The notes: generated from the sequence alone by a model not told the origin. 57,712 nucleotides of DNA from Spongospora subterranea f. sp. subterranea (GCA_049724395.1 JAUGWO010000022.1:1-57712), one strand, 5' to 3'. Counted from the stretch's first letter, positions 35,047 through 50,289 are shown. Program-made: numbers and translations.

Positions 35047-35715
35047 TTCCATTTTCAGATTCTTCAGATGTTGTCGGGCACAAGAGTGTCCTGTTCGAGC
35101 TCGATTTAGTTCGGGTTGGGGCCAGCTGGCTTTTTCACAGGTATTGGGTTGTCGCTTCATGTAAGGTAACCTGTCTGGATAACCAGCGAATCCACTCATT
35201 TTGACGCTTCGTCCAATATATTCGTCTCGTTTTTGGGTTTCCGTCTTCTTCAAATGTAGCTTAAATGATGACAAAAACGGATCATGTTCTATATCTTCTC
35301 CGGTTTCTATGGCTTGTTTAGCAATAGCGTCAATCTCTTCGCTCCTTCCTATGTTGATTGTTTTTGGCGGTTGAATCGTGTGTTCGACAGAAGCATTCTT
35401 ATCCATGTCTGGTACATGGCTAGGGATAAAGTGTATATGTACCAGGTTCTCGTTGGTTAGCTCCGGAAGTTTTTTAGCACATTCTGCAACGACGGCGTTA
35501 ACTCTTCTTGGCTTTGTCTGTAGTGATTTTAGTTGGTTCATCCATGATAGGGAATCTGTCATAATGTGAATTGTTGTTCCTCGATATTCTTGATCAGTCG
35601 CTATATCCAATCCAATTTTCAGTGCGATAATCTCACACTCATACGAGGACGTCACTTTCGGTCCTAATTTGACTGTTGATTCAATTTTCTCGTCCTCTTT
35701 TTCGGTGTTTTCGTT
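35047..35715 (-). mobile_element. RNase H-bearing LINE fragment, truncated at the telomeric repeats
   Basis: SSYECEIIAL, IHIMTDSLS, IHFIPSHV, EEIDAIAK, LNRARTGH; paralog of 50300-51590. Confidence 0.85.
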
Positions 35716-35719
35716 CCTG

Positions 35720-37885
35720 TAGCGTTTCCACGCTGAAATCCGGTCCAAATTCAATGTGTGTATTTAGCCATTCCCAATGGATGAGCGAGGTCCTGCTGGA
35801 TGAGCGAGATCAGGCCAATGGCGCACTTCATGGCATTAGGGGGTGATTAATCCTTATGCCCAAAGGATTGATTATTCCCATATGCTACACTTCCCTCTCC
35901 CAGAAAAGTGCCTTTCTTTGAGCTGCCTTCTCATCATAATGACCAATTTCATGTGTGTGTGCAAGTGGAAAAAAAAATCTGTAGGAAATCTTTCACATCG
36001 GGTTATTTGTTTTCCCGGTTAGCCAACCCCAGGCTAACATTGATCACCCGATCAACAGGACCAACGCACTCCAGCGCGTAAGGTACTGTGGAGCTTTCAT
36101 CCACTAAAACCTACATATACTATAAAAAGCCTTGCCACCACATCCCAGCTACTATTGGCGACCTCGCCGCTTCACTGGTTTCCTCGCCTTTTTCCTGATC
36201 GGTTCCTGTCGATTGTTAGGCGTCCTGACATCCATCATTCCGTTGATGGCGTCTAATAACGGATGATCCCTATTCACCTGAATAAATTCCGTTATTAATG
36301 TTGGTGCATCATTCTTGAGGGTAATCAGTGGTTCCCATGAGTTCTCCGACTCAGAAAATCCTAGCCATTTAACAAATCCTTGTCATTGCTGGGTTTCCTG
36401 ATCCAATCTGACTTTCAGAATCCTTTCTGCCTCAAATGTTGCATTGTCAAATGAAAACTGAGTTTTCATCTCTTCCGTGACGTTAAGGTTTTGATCTGCA
36501 TAGAACCGTATGCGATCTCAATGTACGTTAGACGTCATATCCGTAATCAGGTTCCTAACCTTGAATACGTATCCTTTTTTTGATTCTATAATCTAATATG
36601 GTCCCTTCCATTTCGAATATAGTTTCTCGCCTGATCTTGTGACATTAGGACCGGTTAATACATAATCGCCAATACCGAAATTAGGTTTCAATCTTCCAGT
36701 TGATGCCTTATTCCTCTTGTGATGCCTTTCAGAATTTGTCACTCCCAGCACTTCCTTATGCATTTGAGCTAGTTGCACCTGCAATTGCTCTACCATGTTC
36801 CCTATTTTCCCACTATTCAATGATATATCATTGATGTGTTCCACACCTGTCCCAGGTTTTCTTAAATATTAGTTCCACTGGATTATCTTCCTTGGCCCCA
36901 GTATGAACCGTAACTGGCGCTCTCCAACCCAACCGTTTCTGTGGTTTATGATTGAGCCCATTCTCAATCGCCTTAATCAGCCACGGCCAATCTTCCTTAT
37001 TCCATCTCAACTCTGATATAACACACCTCAATGCAGATAATATCAGTTTGTTGATTACCTCGATGGATCCTTTCGGGTAATGTGTGTAGGCAGTAGTCCA
37101 ATGCTGTTCCACACCACATTTTGCTGCAAATCCCCTCATGGTTTCCGACATAAAGTATGATGCCTGGTCCGAGACAAACACCTCTGGAGTCCCAAATTTT
37201 CTTTTTTTAAAAGCTTAAGTCTTTAAATATTTTTATCAATATATTAAAAGCTTTTAAAGTCTTTTTTTAAAAGCTTAAGATCTCCATTCCATGAGAGCAT
37301 CCACAGTCGCATCTGTGTCTGGTGTATTGACAGGCGTCAAATGCACCAATCCTGACACATCATCCCTGATTACTAATAGCCATTGGAAATCATGATATGC
37401 ACCCTCCTTAAAGCGGCATCATATACCGGTAATCAAAGTATAATACTTGATTAGGTCTGCATCCATGACATGCTTCTCCTAGTGGTCGTGGCACATGCTC
37501 ACCACCTCTGCTGGGAACGCAATGCAAGCATTCCTTGCAGATAGTCCTCACGTCCTCGATCATATTGGTCCAGTAAAACCGTTCCTTAATCAATTGTGCC
37601 GTCGAATTGATTCCATTATGACAATTACCTGCACCCATATGTGCAATAACACATATCCTTAACCTTCAATCCCGACTACCAGACGGAATAACAATCTGTC
37701 CCTGATCATTCACAAACAATCCGTTAGTTTTTAAAAGGTTTTCCTGTTCCATTTCCGTGGGCTTATTAGTTTGTTCTGTGCCTATTTCCTGTTCATTAGG
37801 GACCACAAACGTTCGCTCATCCATTGGCCTGACCCTATATTGGCCAATATTAATCGAATCCTCATTGGATTCTGGTTCCATTTCA
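35720..37885 (-). mobile_element. Ty3/Gypsy integrase-chromodomain, LTR (~35761-36258) and post-LTR leader
   Basis: HHCC finger, FVSDQASYF, KWKGPY, chromodomain VKWLGF..NSWEP. Confidence 0.85.
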
Positions 37886-39070
37886 ATAGAGCAATTGCAG
37901 GTACAACTAGCTCAAATGCATAAGGAAGTGCTGGGAGTGACAAATTCTGAAAGGCATCACAGGAGGAATAAGGCATCAACTGGAAGATTGAAACCTAATT
38001 TCGGGATTGGCGATTATGTATTAACCGGTCCTAATGTCACAAGATCAGGCGAGGAACTATATTCGAAATGGAAGGGACCATATTAGATTATAGAATCAAA
38101 AAAAAGGATACGTATTCAAGGTTAGGAACCTGATTACGGATATGACGTCTAACGTACATAGAGATCGCATACGGTTCTATGCAGATCAAAACCTTAACGT
38201 CACGGAAGAGATGAAAACTCAGTTTTCATTTGACAGTGCAACATTCGAGGCGGAAAGGATTCTGAAAATGAGATTGGATCAGGAATCCCTGCAATTACAC
38301 GGATTTGTTAAATGGCTAGGATTTTCTGAGTCGGAGACCTCATGGGAGCCACTGACTACCCTCAAGAATGATGCAACAACATTAATAAGGAATTTGAATA
38401 TGGGATCATCGGTTGTTAGACACCATCAACGGAATGATGGATTTTCGGACGCCTAACAATCGGCAGGAACCGATCATGAAAAAGGCGAGGAAACCAGTGA
38501 AGCGGCGATGTCGCCAATATTTGCTGGGATGCGGTGGCAAGGCCTTTTATAGTATAAGTAGGTTTTAGTGGATGAAAGCTCCACATTATTTTACGCGCTG
38601 GAGTGCGTATAGTCTCTGACATGTTGATCGGGACGATCACTGTTAGCCTGGGGTTGGCTAACCGGGAAAAGAAATAACCCGATGTGAAAGATTTCCTACA
38701 GATATTTTTTTCCACTTGCACACACACAAGGAATTGGTCATTACGATGAGAAGGCAGCTCAAAGAATGGCACTTTTCTGGGAGAGGGAAGTGTAGCATAC
38801 GGGAATAATCAATCATTGGGCATAAGGATTAATCATCCCCAAATGCCATGGAGTGCGCCAAGGCCTCATCTACTGCGTGCGTCACGCAGGATTGCTCGAC
38901 TCCAGGGAATGCCTAATACACAGATTTGAATTGGAACGGATTCCAACGTGGAAATGCTACAGATAGGTTATGTTGCTGAATCCAGATGGTCTAACAGGTT
39001 CCTTCATTGGATACCCAAGCCAGGCGGAAGTAGGGAAAACCTGGTAGTACACAGGCTTATTCATCCCATA
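37886..39070 (+). mobile_element. inverted second copy: integrase end, chromodomain, LTR (~38414-38918), leader and gag start
   Basis: Diverged inverted repeat of 35720-36790; LTR ends tgttag...ctaata. Confidence 0.85.
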
Positions 39071-40249
39071 AGAACCCGCGAACCTTTGTATACCATACCA
39101 TATGAAACAATGCCGAGATTCCATTGGAGCAAGAACTGCTCGATGAATGCATGTATTCCATGCAGGACGAACACGGGATAGCAACATGAGATATATCGGG
39201 TTCGGCGCTTCACCGATGGCATTCCGTTCCCTGTTAAATCACATCAGCTACTTCAATAATTTCAACAAACCTTCTAAGAATATACAGGCCATCGTGTTCC
39301 ATTGCTTCACTCGAACCCCCAGAGGTGGCTCAGAATATCGACAGACTTTGCTTCGCCGCCTCAATTATATCAATAATGATCTCTTCACTTCTGTGAGATC
39401 TCATTCAGATGCGTTGCAATTTCCACGAGCTTGTGCTGTCCCCATTGACATCCTACACGAAATTGCTACGTATGCCTACACTGCCTCAAAAAGGACTGCG
39501 TTCGAAAGGACTACTGCAACAACCACCGATGTGCCATATGTGGTGACAATCAGCATAAAGCGATCGACTGCAGCCAGATCAACCGCACAACTCATCCGCT
39601 TCAGTATATCGTGTAATCAATGGGTGTGTTGCCTGGCTTCATCTACAAACGCTGATATTGCTAGCTTCTGATAGTCCTGCAAATTGTTTGCCCTGTTCCA
39701 TTATGGCTAGGTATTCGTCCAGATTATAATTTTCATTGTTTGGTAGTGATCCTGCGTAGTTCAGTATTTTCGTTGCTAGTTCACCTTTAGGAGTCTCTGG
39801 CCGATCTAAAAATTTTACTTCGCATTTGCTGTACGTTTAATTCTGGCATTGCCAATGCCGATCACATCGTTGCCATATTTGCTGCCTTCTCTTGCGATTA
39901 TACATTATGCATGCAGTCCATTGCTGTTTCCAACTGTTTTTTGATGGTCTGCAAATAGGTTTGAACTTTTTTCGGTCAGTTTTTTTCCTGATATGAAGTT
40001 ATGATAATTGGATTGTCGTCAGTATCTAATTTCCTTTCGCAACATCAGCAACTGATACAAGCACTACGACGTCAACAAGATGCCATTCGTACTTCCAAGT
40101 ACAACAAGAAACGCGCCCGAGGGCCAAGCCAACATGATCCTGAACCACCGTTCGGCTGTCCGAGCCGTTTGATGTGGAGAAATCTAGCCTCCGCGGTTTT
40201 CCTAACCAGACGCGCATGATCATTTAACAGCAGCCCAGAGCATATAGTA

Positions 40250-40900
40250 TCGAACGCCAACGTATCCTTTTGATTGGCAGCTTACTCTCCGGCGCAGCAA
40301 TTGATTGGTTGTCTCCTCTATTCCAAAACAAAACCCAGTCATGGACAACAAAAGAAGCCTTCATCGCTGCACTGACCCAGAACGCGGCTGCCAGACTGCA
40401 ACGCCTACGACAATGTCGGCGACTTGTTTCGCCTTAGCGTCGGAATCCCAGTTATTACTGGCCGATGCCAGTTGGGACGACGCCGTGGCCAGCTTTCATC
40501 AGAAGAAAGGGAATGTCGTCGATGACTTGGCCTGTGTATGTAAACTTCCGACAAAGGACACGTGGCCCTGGCTTGCTTAGAGCTGCGTTCTACCCTTAAG
40601 TTTCGTCAGAATAAAATGGAAAAAAAAAACTTCGCCAAATGAACGTCCTTTCAACCCCACACCTCGTCCTGGAAATGAACCTCTTCGGCCATTAACGCAT
40701 ACTGCCTCGATTCGTTTGGACACCTGGATCGCCAGTTCGCAAATCGTCACAAAAATTCCACAATAGCGCCAGAAAGAGAAATCTTCTTGGAAATCATCGA
40801 TAGTCGCCGAATACGTCCAATAATGACACAAACTGCAACCTGTCGCCTGAACTTGAATGGATTGAAGTGCTGCCTTACTTTTCAACTAATGGATTCCCCG
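40250..40900 (-). mobile_element. degenerate DNA transposon remnant (possibly PIF/ISL2EU-like)
   Basis: GRRG..KGRSFGEVFFFHFILTKLKG loosely resembles the N-terminal HTH of DDE_Tnp_4 elements; catalytic motifs not seen. Confidence 0.25.
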
Positions 40901-41230
40901 CAGCATGCGATTATTCAAGGATGAAATTCGTTAGAAGACCTTATTGAAAACGGTATGTTGCGGACCTTCAATTGCGGACTGCGGCTGGCTTCACTACCCA
41001 TCGGAAAGCTCCGCCAACGATCATGACTGAATACGCTGTTCTCATCCAAAGGCGACGTAACTGACTAACTGCGATCCACTTGGTCCGTGACGGACGGGGA
41101 TGACCCCACTGTCACAACGCTGCGTTAGAGCTAGGTACCTCATCCTTGATCGCAAATTACCGCGTTTCCTGATGATGCCTGATGACTCCCTACTCTACAT
41201 CATTCTACTTCTTATTGAGTATTTGTCGTG

Positions 41231-42405
41231 ATGATGAACCGAGAAATTGTGTGCAGGATTTTGACTGTTTTCCTATTCCTGATCACTGTTAATGGAATAC
41301 GAATACCTGGAATCTCCTTCCCCTACACTGATCCAACAGGGATTGTTTCTGCAACCGCTCCTGCCTCCCCTTCTATCGATTTAGTCTTCGGTAACCTTCC
41401 TTTCAAGCCAACGGCTCAGGTCCTAGGTGAGTTCATTTGCAATGATCAAAGTCCCGTTCTGATGTGATTACTCTATAGGATATCTTGGTACTGCATTAGG
41501 CGCTTGTTATTCTATTCCACAGCTAATTCATAGCTACAAAACAAAATCGTCAACTGGAGTTTCTCTTGACTCGAAATTACTTGAGTACGTTCTCTAATAT
41601 TGAATTTTGTTGCATGATTTTGATCCGTTGTATTCATGACAGATTCAGTGCCAATGTTATTCTGGTGTATGGCACTTTTGTGACCAGGAATATACTTCTA
41701 ATATCTCAACTTGGTGTTGTTTGGGGGCTGATCAACAACATAGTCGGTTCTGGACAAGCCTGTTATTATCAGGACGTTCCTGCCGTCCAATTCTTACGAA
41801 GTCGGTGGCAGGGCTTGAAGAGTCAGTGGCAAGAAAGCGATCACGACGCCATAAGAAATCCCTTGGATTCTGACGAGATCAACGTTGCTCGAAACCATGG
41901 ACCATTCGTCAAAGTCCATACTGTGGCTTTATCCTGTTTGATCATATCGGTTCCACTGATCGCCTTCGCTGTCTCTTTTTTTCTGCATCATATGGCTTTC
42001 ACAGAATCCTATAAATTTGCCGGAACCGTAGCATCCTGGGTGGCTTCCGGCGTCTTTGTCGTCTCAGAGATTCCTCAAGTTCTCAAGAATTATCGTGAGA
42101 GGGATTTTCATGGTCTTTGCTGTTATCCACAGATTATTTTATTTTTCGCTGATTTTTTTTCCGGCATGAGTACCTTGTTATATTGGTTATCGGGGATTTC
42201 AGAGGCCGACACGGCTAGGACAGCTCTCCTAGACTTTTTCAAAACCACGATGGCGCTCACCCTTTGCCATTTTGCCTCAACTGCATTTGATATTATCATT
42301 TTCAATCAAATAGTATCTGCGCCTTCAAGTACGCCATCCTTTGAGAAACAAAAAATCAAAAATGGCCCATCTGATACGAAGGACCTTGTTGCACCTCTTG
42401 TCTAA
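41231..42405 (+). CDS. PQ-loop repeat membrane transporter (3 exons)
   Basis: Exons 41231-41426, 41479-41584 and 41643-42405 splice in frame. Signal peptide; two PQ motifs YSIPQLIHSYKTKSSTGVS and SEIPQVLKNYRERDFHGL. Confidence 0.85.
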
Positions 42406-42855
42406 TTTCATTCGACCAATAAATAAACAACGGGTCCATATATTTTGGTGTGTACACACCAAAAAAAGTACACATGTGAGATGAATCTTGGATTAATGAG
42501 CACAGACCAACATCATGAAAGTACCTGTACACACCAAGCTTGCGCATGGGTGATAATCATCGAATTATCTTTTTCCCAAGGTGGCAGTCAGTAATACTTT
42601 CTAATGAACAAAACCTACTTGTTGCCAATCCCATCACCAGCGTAAGCAAAGAATTGGTCGCAATGCAGTTCAATCCACTTAACGGATATATGTCTCTCCA
42701 AGGCTTTGATAAACGACGAGAGGAAAGAAGTAGCTTTACTTTGTGGCTGTGGCGTTCAATCGACGATTTGAGATTGATTTTATTCATCAAGTCTCACATT
42801 TCCGGTGCTTTGTTGTATTCGATATTGCCATTGAATATTATAAGGATAGCTATAT

Positions 42856-45800
42856 TTTAGTGTGTACACACTCATGACACACTCAGAGGCCACGCACAAT
42901 TACACACTCAAAATCTGAAATCCAAAGAGCCACCGTGGAACGTACACACTCAAAACGGAGCTTTCTGTTGTCACGTTTTTGTCAAGGGCGGCGTGCTCTT
43001 CTACGATGGAATAGCGAAGACAAAACTTCACTGGCATCATGCAAATCAACTCACCTTACCCATCATTTACCCCTCGTTAACCAGCTATCATTGCATATAC
43101 GTGAATTTTCGCATAGAATTTAGATCTGTGCATCTACAATGGCACAAAGATCACAACGTTGATCATTTTATCAAGTTAAGAGCCTTAATGCGCAATTCTT
43201 TTCGGTGAATCGACTGGATGCATTCCATGTCACAATGGAAGGAGAGCTTCTGCTTCCAATAACGCTTTACATTCGTGACCTTGGTCACTAACAACCTCTG
43301 GGCATCTCGAGATATAGCTTTGTTGCATCCAGAACATTTCGGTACTGGGCCTTTGTTGGCGACGTGAACAATTCGAATATCAGTTGGATACGCATCTGTC
43401 TTAGGAGAAAATGGATGAGCAAGCTCATGTGATGGTTTTGTTGGTTCGACGACCTGTTTCGTACTGCTTCCCCGTTTACGATACCATAGCTGGTTAACGA
43501 GGTAACCGTCGGGTAAGGTAACTTCATATGCAAGATGCCAGCGAAGTTTCCTCTTCGCCATTCCATCGTAGAAGAGCACGCCTCAAAAACGTGACAACAA
43601 AAATGAGCTCCGTTTCCATAGATAATCGCACCAAGTGCATATTCCATTGTCCCAAAGCTCAGCACTCGCGCTGGTAGATGATATTTAGCATCAGTATCTC
43701 TTTCCTAGTGCTCAAGACAGTTTAAAATAAGAAGTTTGGGGGAGATTTTGCGTCCAGGTTTTCAGAGTGTCGAATGCGACCGCAAACATAAACGTTATCC
43801 ATTTCTGTCTCTTCGGTGTCAATAAACAGATTGGACTTGAGTTGGAACATACATTCTCCAAATTCTGTTAGGGCTGCAGATTTAATAATTTGACCGCAAT
43901 CCTCTGGAATGGGTACTCAAGACGCGTCAAAATCGGCTTGGGTGAACTGGCGAGGGTTTCTGGCCACAATATGACGGTATCGTTTGGATTTGGTGTATTG
44001 CGGCCTTGGGCAACAGAGGTGACTGGCACGCTGATGAAACTGTTGCTTCAAAGTTACCAATTCGGGAAGATGATCCAGATATGCAGAGTCAACATCTTGC
44101 ATTAAGTCGTGAAGTGTCCCATCATTCGGAATTTTGGGAACTTTGATGCACCATAACCATCTTGCTTTAGCGTAATCCCCTGCCGTTATCTGATCCAAAG
44201 ACGTATGAAGGATTGAACAGACATTACTTGGAGTACTATCAGCAAGAAGATTCGCTTCATCGAAACATTGAAGAAGGTAAAACGCCATGAGAGAAGTGAC
44301 CAAAAGGGCACGTATTGGTAGCTTGAAACCCTTGATATTCAAAGACGGTATTCCAAACGATGACCAATCGACGTCGTTGCCTAACTTAGGAATTTTATTG
44401 CGAGAACCTGGTGGCCTTCCATTAGCTTTACTTGTGATAACAAGCTCGTTTGAAGTATCCGGAGCTCGACCATCATTTTGGAAAAACTTCTTCCTCTTCT
44501 TACAGGATTGATAACGTATTGGCATACCCCTTGAAGCACGCTCGTAGTCCATTTCGATGTTTTGCACAAACCGAACTGTATGATCGAGCACTTGGGCGAC
44601 TGATAGTTTTTTTTAGGTGAAGCTCGTTGAAAGACCCCGCCGAGACTCTCTTGCGCGTTAGTATCTTTACTGATCGAGCCATTTGCGGGAATAGACAATA
44701 ATGCTGGGAATATAAACTTTCCTCTTGCAGGATGTAAATACCATGCTAGCCATTTTTTGATTTTCGGGTATTCGATTTGTAGTTCTTTTGCAAGCTGGTG
44801 AAAAGAGGCGTTCGAATGGTCTGGAGATAGCAACTCCAGTGCCTTAACGTAAAATGACATTTCCTTCTCAGGAGTGACAATGGCACCATTTCGACGCACC
44901 CCTGGTTAGAGATCTTTTGAAATGAACTTCGCAAAACCTATAAATCTTTTCAAGTGGCAGTGGCTGAAACTCTGGGATCATGAAATGGTCTCGTATAGCA
45001 AGTTCAAATCCCACCCGCTCAGCATCAGAGAAGTCGCACGTCATCCCAGGAAAACCCTCCAGGAATTCGTCCAAATTGTGAAATGCGAATGATTGCAGTA
45101 AGACTAAAAAGTGAGCCTTGTAGTGATACTGTGATTTGTCAAACATTATTGATATAACCAGAGGAATAGTTCTTTGAATTATTGGGCAATATGCGCTGGT
45201 GAACGTTACGTTTACCTCCTCAAAATGAATATCCTGAACGAATCCGTGCACTGAGTTGGTTTGCATACTGCTTTCTAAATCAAATGCTCTAGTTTTCATG
45301 AACTCGGTTTGGATCGAGACATGCCCGTTGACCGACGTTATAGACGACGAAAGTATAATAGTCTTATCAGGGCTCATTTGCTTCTCGAACGATGCCAATA
45401 CTTCAAGGGTAGTTTTCGGGGACGCTTGTTGAAGAATATTTCTTCGCATATTGGCAGTCCGGTCAAGGTTCGAAAATACTGGATGAAGGATAGCTACCGA
45501 GGCTCGAGTAGCTGATCTAACTATCAGCTTTTTGGAGGGATCTCCGGGGCAACTAGAGCAATATCCCTAAATTTTGTCCTTGCTTCCATATTTGGTCGTA
45601 TCGCATGCGGTTTCGCATGGTGATGTATTCCACGATGATAAATGTGTACAGCATGTTCATCGTCAACTAATTTTAACGTTACGTTGCATGCCCAATGGAT
45701 CAATTCCACATCGTGGACGATACAAAGCTCCTTTGCTGGCAAAGGTTCAGCGCCACGTAATGACGTCTGGGAAGCCGCGGCCGTTCAACATAATCACACT

Positions 45801-46512
45801 GTGGACATTTATAAACGCCCCAAACACGATATAGATAAGCACGACGAGGGCCATTTCTGGCTTTGTTATGGCTATACACAGCCATTGCCCAACCAACGCT
45901 GCGAGATTCGATCACACTATCAGAAACGTGTTTGGATAACTCATAATGAACGTCTCCATTCGGCCATTCGGGTGTAGACTGATGGTTATAGCCTTCAGGT
46001 GCCTCTGCAGCTATCTCTGGAGAAAGGCTGGTAGAAATAGACTGAAGTTCATGAAAGCTGGATTCTTGAGCTGGAACATCCGTTACTTTCAGAGAGGCTT
46101 GGATTCTTTATCTTTTCATAGGGGTGCAAACTAAGCCTGTTTCCATCAAGAGTGTGCTGTAATGATCGACCATCCTGCATGTGAGAAATTTCACAGGGGT
46201 CTGACAGACCGACTCAGACTGGGCGTTATTCTCACGGATGTGCTGCATCAAATCATCCTGCATATGTGACGTTGGCCCACAAGAAAGTATCTGTTGAATC
46301 AAACATTGGTCCACAGGTGGGCCAGACGAAGCCTGCAAAGCCATTTGACACAACCTGACCAGAAAGCTTTGTAATTCGGTCATTGCAGTGTGAGCTTGAG
46401 TGTGTAACTTTTTGAAGGTAACTCCGTGCGGTACTCATTGAGTGTGTAAACTGTACTCTATATGCAGTAGCAAAAATAGATTTGAGTGTGTAAAGTGTGT
46501 ACGACACTAAAA
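42856..46512 (-). mobile_element. Mutator-like element with GCM-type DNA-binding domain, DDE core, protease-like region and zinc finger (frameshifted)
   Basis: GWAM..GVYKCPQC..RP..C..C..HRGIHHH (GCM-like); MTCDFSDAE, FCEVHFKRS, DTNAQESL; YALGAIIYGNGAHF..FYDGM; KCSGC..FHCDMEC. Imperfect TIRs ttttagtgt(c)gtacacact with subterminal acacactca repeats. Confidence 0.75.
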
Positions 46513-46549
46513 TCAGGGGACTCTCAAATAAACACTCCTCTTAAAGGCC

Positions 46550-47890
46550 TAGTCCGAAACACAGTTTTGTGGCAAGTTGTATTCGGCGAAAGGCGTTCGT
46601 CATGACCCAGCTCGCATTGCAGGCATCATGGATCTTCCACTGCCATCCACCGCATCCGATTTACTCCAGTTTCTTTGTTCCATCAATTGGCTCCGATCAA
46701 GCATGGTCCAATTCAGTGCTTTGGTCCAGCTGCTCCAAGTTTTACTGCAGTCATGTTTGTCGCTTACCTCACGACGTACCTCTCAGGAGGCGACAAAAAT
46801 ATCTCTTGGTCATCTTTGGACTGAGCAGCACTCGGAGTGCTGGTCGAATATCCGTTCCGCGTTACACAATATTGTTCAGCTCGCTCATTTACCATCAGAT
46901 TTCATTGTTAATTTTTTTAGTGACGCGAGCGATAAAGCCTGGGCCGTTGTTGTCACGCAGACTCATCCGGACCAAGACTCACTTCCCATTCATGAACGCG
47001 ACCATGAACCTCTGGCCTTCCTCAGTGCCATTTCTAAAGGCTCGCAAGTTCATTGGTCCACAGTGGAAAAGGAAGCCTTTGCCATCGTGGAAGGCGTCTC
47101 GAAACTTGATTACCTCTTGACTCTGGATCGCGGATTTCACTTGTTCACCGATCATCCAAACCTTGTTTATATTTTTGATCCAATCTCACAAGGCGTTTCC
47201 AAGCGGGCCAGCCTCGATCCTCTTTCTCGTTGATCTCTTCGGATGAGCTCAGTTCCAAACTGCATCATTCACTATATTTCTGGCTCCGATAACGTGTGGG
47301 CGGATCAACTGACTCGATGGGCGTCTCCGTCGCATACCGCTGTCGTCAGCCGCCGCGTCACAATGGCCACAGCTGCGCAAGCCATTCTCTACGCTGATGA
47401 CGTCGTGTGGCCGGACCACAAAACGATTCTCTCTTCGCAATCGTACATTCGCTTTCCGTTCCGAATCATTCTTCGCCCGATGCGTCGTCACTCTTTCACC
47501 ATTTGTCGGGAGCCATTTGGATCCCGTCACTTGACTTATCATTACGAACCTGCATTTGCGTTATTGGTCACATGGGCGTAGGTGGTCATCGGGACATGGA
47601 GTCAACCTTGGTGATTATTACAAAGTATTTTTTCTGGCAGGATCTCAAGGCGGATGTCATTCGATTCATCAATCGGTGCATTCATTGTCTTTCGTGTAAA
47701 GGGCCTGTGCGCATACCTCGTCCTCTGGGATCCGCCATCGATGCGGATTCCCCTCATCAAGTTCTGCATTTTGATTACCTGTATATCCGACAGCCGGGTC
47801 CAAATTCATCCCATCAATATCGGTATGTTTTGGGCCTCATGGGATGATGATTCGACCTATGTACAGCTCTCCGCTTCAGTCCAAGCTACA
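46550..47890 (+). mobile_element. Ty3/Gypsy RT-RNase H-integrase fragment
   Basis: FSDASD, VEKEAFAI, FTDHPNL, HHCC finger, LHFDYLYI; paralog of 55087-56070. Confidence 0.88.
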
Positions 47891-47891
47891 A

Positions 47892-48789
47892 TGTTAGGAA
47901 CAGCGCCCGAGATACACAGTTACCAACTGACCCAAAAAGTACTATGATGACGCAAGGCCATCATTCTCAGGTCCTTATATACCTAAGACTTTTGGATCAT
48001 GACAGTATCCCCCGTTTAGGAGCACCCCCATGACCTTCCAGCCCCCGTGCGACTTCCTAGATCATCCTCTGACTGGTGAGCATACAAACAGAGACGAACA
48101 AAGAGGAGAGAGACGAACAGGAGGAGAGAGACGAAGAACTCCAGTCAGGCGGGGAGGTCAGCCCAAGAAAGGTATTAAAGGCAACCCCCATGCCGGTTAC
48201 ATGTAAGCCGCGAGCGACCCCAATAATGCTGTGAACATTAGAGGAATCGAACACGCGACCTTGATAGCCATCATTCTGCTAGGAACTGAACAGGGGATGC
48301 TTGTCATGATCCAAAAGTCTTAGGTATATAAGGACCCTGGAATGATGACCTTGTGCCATCATAGTACCTTTTGGTCAGTTGGTAACTGTGTATCTCGGGC
48401 GCAGTTCCTAACAGTATGATGGCTATCAAGGTCATGAGATCGATTTCCTTAGTGTTCACAGCATTTTGGGGTCACTCGGAAGGCTTACATGTAGATGGCA
48501 TAGGTTGCCTTATATACCTTTCGTGGTCAGACTTCCCCGCCTGAGCTGGATTGTTTCGTCTTCTTCCTTCTCTCTCAACTGTCTTATATCGTTTCTATGC
48601 TCACCAGTCAGAGGATAATCTAGGAAGTCGCACGGGGGCTGGAAGGTCATGGGGGTCGCTCCTAAACAGGGGGATACTGTCATGATCCAAAAGTCTTAGG
48701 TTCATCAAGGACCCGAGAATGATGGCCTTGTGCCATCATAACCTTTTGGGTCAGTTGGTAACTGTGTATCTCGGGCGCAGTTCCTAACA
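47892..48789. repeat. ~380-bp unit in direct-tandem and inverted copies (LTR-like or satellite)
   Basis: + copy 47892-48276 followed by the start of a next unit; - partial copy 48289-48413; - full copy 48414-48789; unit starts tgttaggaac. Confidence 0.85.
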
Positions 48790-50235
<1,446 letters not shown>

Positions 50236-50289
50236 CCGCAGCGTTAGCGCGGACTGATTTTCGGATCACCTGATGCGTGAATCTCCGTT

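Noticed and set aside
35032..35754. 240-aa ORF as a standalone RNase H gene
   Set aside because: Chimera of a Gypsy leader, LINE RNase H and telomeric repeats (terminal VLGF)
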